From: Chrysochromulina tobinii
Taxonomy: Eukaryota
Reading direction: 5' to 3'
DNA length: 33,654 nt
Assembly (NCBI GenBank): GCA_001275005.1
Contig: JWZX01002254.1
Coordinates: 1 to 33,654 of the forward strand
Below are positions 1 to 8,760 of the stretch, piece by piece. The notes below the pieces were generated by a model. The model saw only the letters and a program-made list of their open reading frames with translations. It did not search any database and was not told the DNA's origin. The position numbers were made by a program, and so were the translations under genes. Positions within the stretch are counted from its first letter, which is position 1. Every line of letters begins with the position of its first letter.

Positions 1-326
1 CGCACCCGAGCGACCGCGAGACGACCGAATCAGCGGCCGACTCAACGGCCGCAGCCCCGGAGCCGACCGCTCCCCGCGGCCGACTCGGTAAGCAAGGGGC
101 TGGGGTTAAGCGGCCGTGAACCAACGTGTGAAGAGACAGACAGTCGGCGGAGCCATCAGCCCGGCCAGGGGGAACGGGTACGCGGGGAGATGTCTCCCTG
201 CCGTTAGGGATATTGGGCATACCATGGGGATACATATCGGGAGTTCTGCTGCTCGGGATCGAGGCCCAAGGGGTTCTCGAACCTATTCGATGCGTGTCCT
301 GATTGGTCCCAACGGGAGATAGATGA

Positions 327-399
327 GGCAGATTGTGTGCCATTCGGCACCTATGCATCTCGTCGGCAGATTGTGTGCTACTCGGCACCTCTGCATCTC
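327..399. repeat. Two imperfect 35-bp direct repeats (327-361, 365-399)
   Basis: ggcagattgtgtgccattcggcacctatgcatctc versus ggcagattgtgtgctactcggcacctctgcatctc. The first copy has an internal GTGCC/GGCAC hairpin. Confidence 0.85.
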
Positions 400-867
400 T
401 CTGGGGGAGATTCGAAGCGCAATGGTGCGCATGATGTCGGTCTCTCTGTCGAGAGTGAAGTGTTACGTTTCAACGCGCGACCAGGTTTACGCCGACTGCG
501 AGATCATCTTGCGCGTCGCGCCCCAAGCGAGTGTGAATGGGCTGTTATTGATGGCTGGTGAAGTCATATCGTAAGTTTAGCATATTATAACCTCCTGAGA
601 GAGGTGGTGGGAAGCCGGCCGTTGCCGTTAGGCTACGGCGGATCGGACCTCGCGCCCGTCCGCGGTTTCGTCAAGTTTCGTCAATCGTCTGACGAAACCC
701 GTGCGGTGGGCGCTCCACCACCCGCGACCCCGGGCAGGACCTTCAGTCCCTGCCCCTACTGGGATACCATGCGCATGGTTCTATACACGTATGGGTCATG
801 TAGCATGGATTGTATGATATGTAATGTTCGAGTCATTGCGCAATGCGTAGGCTACCTGCAGCTCACG

Positions 868-994
868 CCGAGAGTGCTCACGAACGAAGCCATGTAGCTG
901 CCCTCTCAAGTGATGAATGGCTCGCCACCATCGAGTAGTAGCGGCGCGCCATCGTCTCGTCCTCCGGGAAGCCCCAGATGCCATCAGCGTATGC
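868..994 (-). pseudogene. Degenerate duplicate of the 3' end of the adjacent U-box/Sel1 gene
   Basis: 922-994 nearly matches 1083-1155. The minus strand reads AYADGIWGFPEDETMARRYYSMVA...ERAATWLR, with a deletion and a frameshift, versus AYAKGIWGFPKDETMARRYYSMVA...EGAATWLREH in the intact gene. Confidence 0.8.
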
Positions 995-1005
995 CATTCA
1001 CCGAG

Positions 1006-1785
1006 TCAAGCTGCTGGATGCTCACGCAGCCATGTGGCTGCTCCCTCTTTGTTGGCGTCGATGCAATCATCGAGCGAGGCGATCGCCACCATCGAGTAGT
1101 AGCGGCGCGCCATCGTCTCGTCCTTCGGGAAGCCCCAGATGCCTTTAGCGTATGCGCGCCCCAGATGGTAGCACGCGCGTTTGCTTCCACGTTCAGCAGC
1201 CTGGCACATCAGCGTATTGGCACGCATGGGGCACTTTGGCACGCCCTTCCCAACCAAGTAGCAAGTGCCAAGGCAGCAAGTCCCAGTTGCATCCCCGGCC
1301 TCGTGGCTCTTCTTGTACCACTCGAAAGCCTTGGCATCGTCCTTTGCGAGGCCCTCCTGACCAAGCTTGTACCAATGCCCCAGGTTGCACATCGCCGCGC
1401 CATCGCCAGCCTCGGCCTCACGCAGCATCTCCGCCACCTCCTCCTCCTCCTCCAGCTTCAGCTTCCACGCGTCCACCTTGTCACCCGTGAGAGCGCCCGA
1501 GCTGACCATCGCGCGGATCATGTTCTTGACCCGCAGCGCCGGCAGCAGCCTCGTGCCCATCTTCAAGTTCGTCACCGGGCTCTTGTGCTGCTTCTCGAGC
1601 CAGTCCACGATGGCCGAGCGCTCGTACACGTTGCCGTCCTCCGCCATGACGGGGTCGACGGGCAGCGAGAAGGTGATGGGGCAGACGAGCTCGGCAAAGG
1701 CCTCCTCGGTGGCGCTCTTGTGTCGGCGCAGCTGCACCGTCTCGTCCTCGGCCTCGGCAGCCTCGCGGCCGCGCTTGGGCGGCAT
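1006..1785 (-). CDS. U-box domain + Sel1-like repeat protein (putative E3 ubiquitin ligase), intronless, 259 aa
   Basis: U-box motif LVCPITFSLPVDPVMAEDGNVYERSAIVDWL...SPVTN...LLP, followed by Sel1 repeats (AMCNLGHWY..G..GLAKDDAKAFEWYKKS; LGTCYLVGKGVPK; ACYHLGRAYAKG). Confidence 0.93.
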   Translation of the reverse strand: MPPKRGREAAEAEDETVQLRRHKSATEEAFAELVCPITFSLPVDPVMAEDGNVYERSAIVDWLEKQHKSPVTNLKMGTRLLPALRVKNMIRAMVSSGALTGDKVDAWKLKLEEEEEVAEMLREAEAGDGAAMCNLGHWYKLGQEGLAKDDAKAFEWYKKSHEAGDATGTCCLGTCYLVGKGVPKCPMRANTLMCQAAERGSKRACYHLGRAYAKGIWGFPKDETMARRYYSMVAIASLDDCIDANKEGAATWLREHPAA

Positions 1786-2260
1786 ATTGTGAACGGGCCC
1801 TGTTCGAGTGTGAATGGGCTGTTAACGGTTGATAATTGCCAACCATTGGATGCCGCCATCTCGTGATGACACGGGAACCTTCGCACCCCATCCGCAGACG
1901 TTCTGCAGGAGTGTGACGCCGCGCCGGGCGCATCTTAGTGCTCTCATCTTCAACTCTGAACTCATGTCGAGCATGCACGTAGGACCGGTGACGCGGCTAC
2001 GCGGCTCCGGCCGCAGGGAGACGCGCGGGGACTGCATAACGGTGCTGACACTCTGAAATCTAGAACCTCGGTACTAAATGTACACTGAACGATCGCTAGT
2101 AAAAATGCTGTTTTGGGGATTCACTAATGAGCCGAGACGCGAGCGCTCGAGCTCTTCCTTTTGGGTTTTGGCCAAGAGCATCATATCCTCTTTTTTGGCG
2201 ATTTGAGGATATGTGTTTTGGCGACAACTGAAAGAGCATCATATCCCCCCCCGGCGCATT

Positions 2261-4562
2261 TCAGTTGTCGCCCTCGTCCTCATCCCCGTCCTCGTCATGC
2301 CGCCTGAATGGGTTGTGCTCGCTCCAGTACTGCACCCCCATCTCGATGCCCGGCGCCGCAGCCGCCTGCACGCTCGTCAGAGCACGCTGCAGGAGAGACT
2401 GCGGCTTTGGCACCGCGACCGGCTTGACCCTTTGCAGCCGCTTGTGGGGATTGAGGACGGCAAAGACCTTCCCGATCTCGCCCGGCGAGACACAGTTGTC
2501 ACTGTTGCTATCGACGGCACTGAAGAGCGCCTCGAACTGAGAGCGCGCCATCAGAGGAGTAGAGAGCAGCCGCAGCATCCGCTCGCAGCAGCGTGTATCG
2601 AGTGGCAGGTGGTCGAAGCGCGAGTCGAGTTCCACAGGCACCTGATGGGGGAGGCCATCAGCGCTCGTGAGAGAAGCACTCAGAGGCGTTAGAGATGCAA
2701 TCTCATGGCGCGAGCTCAAGCTCCATCGGCACCTCAGCTTCGTCAATCTCATGGCGCGAGCTCAAGCTCCATCGGCACCTCAGCTTCGTCCGAGGGGCGA
2801 GCATCAGGCGCAATCAGGGATCATCAGGCGCAATCAGTGAGCATCGGCACCTCAGCTTCGTCAGAGCCGCGGAAACTGCGTCCGAAACTTGTGCCGCCGC
2901 GGAAGCTGCTGTTCTCGCCGCGGGCGAGGGCCGCAAATGAGAAGCTGCTGTCACCCCCCCTTTTGAAGCTGCTGCTGTCACCCCCCCTTTTGAAGCTGCT
3001 GCCTCCGCCCCCCACCTTGAAGCTGCTCCCATCCCCCGCGCGGAAGGAGGCGCCATGTTGGGCACTTGCGCCCAGGTTGAACGACGTGTCGCTCGGCTCC
3101 TCGTCGAAGTTGACGTCGCTGAAGCGCTCGGCATTGAACCGGAGCACCCGCCACGCCTTGTGGGCGGCCTCGGACCCAATGTGGCCCGGCTCGCGGCACA
3201 GGTACAAGGCACCCACGAGGACGTGGATGTGGCGGTGCGGGAAGTGGTGTTCCCTCAAGATGGCGACGGACTTCCCAATGTACTTTGCTTGCCACCCCGG
3301 GATGAGCGCTCGCAGGTGTGTAGGGAGGGTCACGAGGGGATCCACCTGATGAGGGATGCAATCAAGGAAGGTCATCAGTGAGGTCATCAGGATCCTCAAG
3401 GGGAGGGTCACGAGGGGATCCACCTGATGAGGGACGCAATCAAGGAAGGTCATCAGTGAGGTCATCAGGATCCTCAAGGGGATCCACCTGATGAGGGATG
3501 CAATCAAGGAAGGCTATTCGAGAGGAGACCAGCCATGGAATCGCTGATGACCTTCCTTGAGTGCATCTTTGATTGCATCCCTCATCGGGAGGCCATCCAT
3601 GTCAATCAATGGCAATCCATGGCAATCAGGGGCCATCAGCGCCCATCAGCGACACTCACGTCTTCGGCCCGCTTGATGATCGGAGCAATCAGCGACGAGT
3701 GCACTTTCGCATCGATCGCCTCGCCCAGCATGATAGCGCTCTGAACCCCGTCGTCCAAGCTCATTCCACAGCTCTCGAGCCAGCTCAGCCCAATCCGATC
3801 GCCATCCAACTCCGCTCTGAGCGCCGTGCCGAGCACCGACGACGAGGGCGACTTCTGTTTCAGATAGCGCCGAAGAGGGTTCGCGAAGGATTCGTCACTC
3901 ATGGTCGACTTTCGGACGGTTTGAGCCCACTGACCCTTGAAGGCGAGTAGCCCGTTGATGCCCGTGCTCTTCGCGGCCGCACCGAGCGATTGGAATGCAC
4001 TCTCCTCGATGGCCTCAAGTGGTGACATGAAGTCTTTCGTGCTCATCTCGTCCAGCGCCTTTCGCGCCTCGCACATCACGGCGCAGAACTGAGCAAAGGT
4101 CAGGTCCGACCGGCCTTGCAATGCGGCCTCCTTGAACGGCGCGAGCACCTGATGAGGGTGGCAATCGGATGCGCTCAGTGAGCATCAGGCGCAATCAGAG
4201 AGCATCAGGCGCAATCAGCGAGCATAAGCGAGCATAAGCGGCGCAATCAGCGAGCATAAGCGGCGCAATCAGCGAGCATCGGCAGCGCCCTCACCGGCTC
4301 GCTAAACCCGTGGGGCATGTAAAGGGCCTCAGCCAGGAGGACCAGGAGGTCCGAGAAGGCGGCAGAGTCCACCCCGTGCGCACACATCCACCGGTCGGCA
4401 TTCGAAACCAACTCGGCGGTGGCGAGGTGCTCAGCACGGCGCCCGTGCTGGCTCGAATGGCTGCTCTTGAAAGTTTTGAAATCGAACGGGTTGGCGGGAA
4501 GACGCACGAGCTCGCCGCCACCCAGGGCTGTCCATGCTGCGCGCAGGGGTACGAGGGGATGG

Positions 4563-4605
<43 letters not shown>

Positions 4606-7600
4606 TGCCGCCGCCATCGTTCCTCTCGATGCTGTGACTGACTACTCCACCGACGTTGGCAGTTGCATTCACACTCCCGTCGGGGGCCTCGGGCGCATGG
4701 TGTGAATAGAGCGCCAGCAGAATGCTGAGGATGGCCTCATCATCGTATCCGAGGTCGCGCATCGTGAGCAGCATCGCGCCAGCTTCTGCTCGGCGTGGCA
4801 CGGGCACGATTTGACGAACCTCACGAGGCCGACCGTTCTTGACATTCGTCAGCTCCAGAAAGGCGGTTGAGCAGGCCTCGGCGCTGTTGCGCGCCTTATT
4901 CTTAGGCTTGAGCTTTCGGATCATCGTGACGAATTCGTCAAATTCTACCTTACCGGAGTGGTCGGCGTCCACCTGCCATAACGGGACGCACTCGCAATCA
5001 AGAGGTGCAATCAAGAGGTGCAATCAGCGGGGCAATCAAAAGGTGCCATCAGCGGTGCAATCAAGAGGTGCCATCAGCGGTGCACTCAGTGCACTCAGTG
5101 CAAACAGCAGTGCACTCAGTGCACCTCCTCGAAGAGCCTCTCGACGCGAGATAGCGGCAGATCGTCTCCGAGCAGCGGCAGCAACCGTGCGAACTCACTC
5201 AGCTTCATATCACGATCGAGCACGTCGTTTGTTTCCTTTTTGAGCTCCCCCTTGGCCTCACGCTTCTGCTTGCGCGTCTGTTGGGAGGCTTTCATCTGAC
5301 TGCCTGGCGACGGTCGACCGCCCGTACGGCGCAGCTCGTCCTCGTCCTCGTCGTCCGCACACACAGCGACGAGAACGACCCAAGCCTTGCGGAGCGCGTC
5401 ACGTGATCGGGACAGGTACACCGCATCGACGACTAGCGAGGCTTGCTCATCATCGAAGCCTGCCGTGAGGATGAGATGACCCACAATCAGACCAATCAGA
5501 GGCCATCAGAGGCAATCAGACGCAATCAGAGGATGCGATGGCCCACAATCAGAGGCCATCCAGAGGCCATCCAGAGGCCATGCAGAGGCCATTCAGACAC
5601 AATCAAGAGGAAATCAGAGGCCAATCAGAGACACTCAAGAGGCCCTCAGTGGTACTCACCTGCCGAGCGCAGGCGTGAGATGATCCGGCCCGCAGAAGCA
5701 AGCTGCTCGAGTGTAAGGCGATGGAGGAGCTGTCCACGGAGCACGATGAGCGATTGCAAGGCGGAGAGTGCTAAGCCAAAAGACGATTCTTCGACCGTGC
5801 GCTGCAACGGCAGGGCTCCGAGCACCTCACAGAACTCGCCGAAGTCGAGTTCATCTGATGAGGGAGGCGATCCGAGGCGCTCAGTGGCTGATGAGGGAGG
5901 CCATCAGAGATGATGAGGGAGGCGATCCAATCCGAGGCGCTCAGAGGCTGATGAGGGAGGCAATCAGAGATGATGAGGGAGGCAATCCAATCCGAGGCGC
6001 TCAGAGAGCATCCTACGTGAAATCAAAGAGCATCCGGCGTATTCAGAGAGTATCATCAGGCGTAATCACGGATCGTCAGATGATAGCACACCGTTGCCGT
6101 CCTGGTCGAAGACGGAGAAGAGCTGATCCGCCTCAGCTGCCGTCAGCCCCATCCCGCCAGTGATCAGACCGAGCACCGACTTCCAGTCGGACTTGCCGAG
6201 CACCCCCTTCTCACCCGCCGGCACAAAGACGCTCCATGCCGCGAGGAGCCGTTGGCGGGTCCCATGGAGGAGTCCAAGCACCACGTCACGCGCCTGGGCG
6301 GTCGTGTAGATGGTCGCACCCAATCAGAGGCCATTAGGGGCAATTAGGGGCAATTAGAGGCCATCCGAGGCCTTTCGAAGCCATCGGAGGTCATTAGAGG
6401 CAATTAGGGGCAATTAAAGGCAATTAGAGGCAATCAGAGGCCATTCGAAGCCATCGGAGGTCATTACCTGGGCGGTCTTGTAGCCAGCTGAAGCCATTGT
6501 GCGCGCGATGCCCGCCGCACGCTGCCGCGCGTCCCACTCAAGCCCGTACTCGCGTGCCACCTGTTCACCCAGAAGCCATCATGCGTCATCAGTCATCTTA
6601 GGTCATCAGAGGGTCATCAGAGGGTCATCAGAGGGTCATCAGAGGGTCATCAGAGGAAATGAACACACCTGTTCGACCCACGGAAACTCCGCGCCCGGGC
6701 GCAGCCGTGCATGCAACCTCGAATCGGCTGTGCTTTGCCGGAGGAGGCCCGGCCCCGAGGGCACAGCTGCGTGTCCTTTTCGGGTGCCGTTATAATGGTC
6801 CGCTGCAGCCATGGCTGTTGGTGAAACCAGGTGTGAGTGGCACTGAGTGGTGGTGGCAATCAGTCGCAATCAGTGGCGATCACGAGCACTCACCTGCCCG
6901 TTGGTCAAACCAGGTGTTGAGAAGGGTCTCCCAACGCCCCGCTTCACAAAGCCGTTCTTGCCTCTCCTCGACGAGCAGAGCTGAGACCGCGTCTGCGTGC
7001 AACGTGCGGGAAAGCATCTGCAGCGTGCGTAGATGACTGGCCTCGCCCGTCCCATCGGGCGCCGTCTCGAGCGCCACCTGCCTATTTTGTAGCGCCGTCT
7101 CGAGCGCCGTCTCGAGCGCCGTCTCGAGCTCCAAATCTCCCGCGGCGACGCCAACGGTCGAGCCGTTGGCAGCCGCCTCCGCGAGCGCGAGTGCCTCGGA
7201 GAGCCCACGAAGACGCTCGGGTCGCTCGACCCTGATGAAGCACGCAATCAGAGCCACTCAGGTGGGCCGTCACGAGGCACTCGGCGGCCATCACGAGGCA
7301 CTCGGCCGGCGTCCATCACGAGGCACTCTAGATGGCCGCATGTACAGCCATTCATAGCGCGCATGTGGCTCATCAATGGCAATCAAAGGCAATCAAAGGC
7401 AATCGAAGGCAATCAAAGGCAATCAAAGGCAATCAATGGCAATCCATGGCAATACGTACAGCCAAACGTAGCGCGCATGCGTCTCATCCTGCTCAGGGTT
7501 GAGCGACGTGCCCGGAAGCATGACGGGTGGGGCCAGCACCGCCGCGTCCGCACGCGCCCGTTGCTCTATCCCGAAGAGCATCCTTCGCGCCTCCCGTAAC

Positions 7601-8487
7601 CTCTCCCCGGCCGCCCTGGAATTCGCAGCAGCACCCTTCGCGCTATCGAACAAGGGTCGCCTCTCGACGACTGCCTGCCGAACGCCGGTCGCAATCTCGT
7701 GCAGGTCGAGCTTCCCGTCGCCATCTGCGTCCAGAGCTTCCCACAGCGACGACACGTCCCTTTTTGAGGACGAAGTTGACGAAGTTGACGAATTCATGGC
7801 CTGGCTGAGCGATTGGCGCACGCGGAGCAGCTCGCGCGAGTATCCAGTAAAGAGGCCGACTTGGTCGTCCGCCCCTGTCCTCGGGCCGGCCGCCATCAGC
7901 ACCTCGTTGTACAAGCTGTACGTGTCGTCGGACGAGACACCTGCTGCTGAGGCCGTGGAGCCGCCATCGCCGCCGCTCACTATGAGCAGTCGCATTTCGC
8001 GCAGCTTCTCAAGGTTGCCCATCGCCTGCCACCCCGCGTCGTCCTCGTTGAGCTCGACAAACGACGGCCGCCGACCCAGGCGCCCGGCGAGCGTACTCTC
8101 GGCGGTTCGCGCCGCGGCGATCGCCGCCCTCCAGCGCAACCGGAAGAAGTGTGGCAGTGTCGCGTCGTCGCCGCCATCCGTCTGCATGAGCTCCGTCAGG
8201 TAGCCCTCGAGTAACGAGACCTTGCTGCTGCGAGCTGGCGCCTTGCTGGAATGCGCCTGCTCAACCTGCGCTGCTGCCGCCGTACCGCCCGCGTCGAGTC
8301 GGATAAGTGCGGTGCTGCTCCCCATGCCACGTGCCTCGAACAGCGCTGACAGGGCTCGCGAGGTCTGCTCTTCGATGGATGCGCTGCCGTGATCGGAAAC
8401 GCGGAGTATGGCCGACGACTTCTTCGACGATTGTCGAGCGCGCTCGCGCTCGAGAGCACGGGCGCGTCGCTGCACGGTGGCCGACAT
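2261..8487 (-). CDS. Large multi-EF-hand calcium-binding protein, 11 predicted exons, ~1459 aa
   Basis: Predicted exons (minus strand): 8487-7460, 7231-6894, 6814-6669, 6560-6468, 6293-6092, 5854-5660, 5459-5125, 4972-4295, 4148-3660, 3345-2851, 2641-2261. All introns are GT-AG and phases are consistent (4380 nt). EF loops: DADGDGKLDLHE, DQDGNDELDFGE (formed only after splicing), DADHSGKVEFDE, DSNSDNCVSPGE. The ORF-track start at 8598 is TTG, so the ATG at 8487 is preferred. Confidence 0.82.
2698..2789 (-). repeat. Two tandem 46-bp intronic copies resembling the exon10/exon11 junction
   Basis: The unit is repeated at 2698-2743 and 2744-2789. The minus strand reads gacgaagctgag-gtgccgatggagcttgagctcgcgcc. 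Confidence 0.85.
3324..3513 (-). repeat. Three tandem acceptor cassettes (TTGATTGCRTCCCTCATCAG|GTGGATCCCC) in intron 9
   Basis: The AGs end at 3488, 3424 and 3346. They are followed by ~10 nt, ~22 nt and the full exon 10 start, respectively. Confidence 0.85.
7372..7453 (-). repeat. Intronic 10-bp minisatellite, (TTTGATTGCC)n-like on the sense strand
   Basis: About 8 units of ggcaatcaaa/ggcaatcaat on the plus strand, inside intron 7459-7232. Confidence 0.9.
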
Positions 8488-8760
8488 CGTCGCTCGTCGG
8501 TCGCGGCGCCCCAAAAATCGCGATCCGCTAAAGATGGGTTTTTTCACAGGCTGCAAGGATGTCGAAACAGTGAAGTGGGGAGGCCGCTCAGGTTCCAAAT
8601 GTCACTTCCACATCGTGCAGGTAGGTCGCGATTTGGGTTTCGTCGAAAACGCTCCGTCTGTTTCATCCAGCGACTGACGTCGGCCACTCGCTGCGCACCT
8701 TAGTCCGGGTCGGCGATCTTTTGTACACTGTTGTCCCCCCCAGGGCAGTGACTCTTCCAT

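Noticed and set aside
582..642. tRNA-like sequence on the minus strand (TCCGCCG-TAGCCTAACGG, A-box-like)
   Set aside because: No anticodon stem, the B-box is poor (GGTTATAAT), and the acceptor stem does not close.
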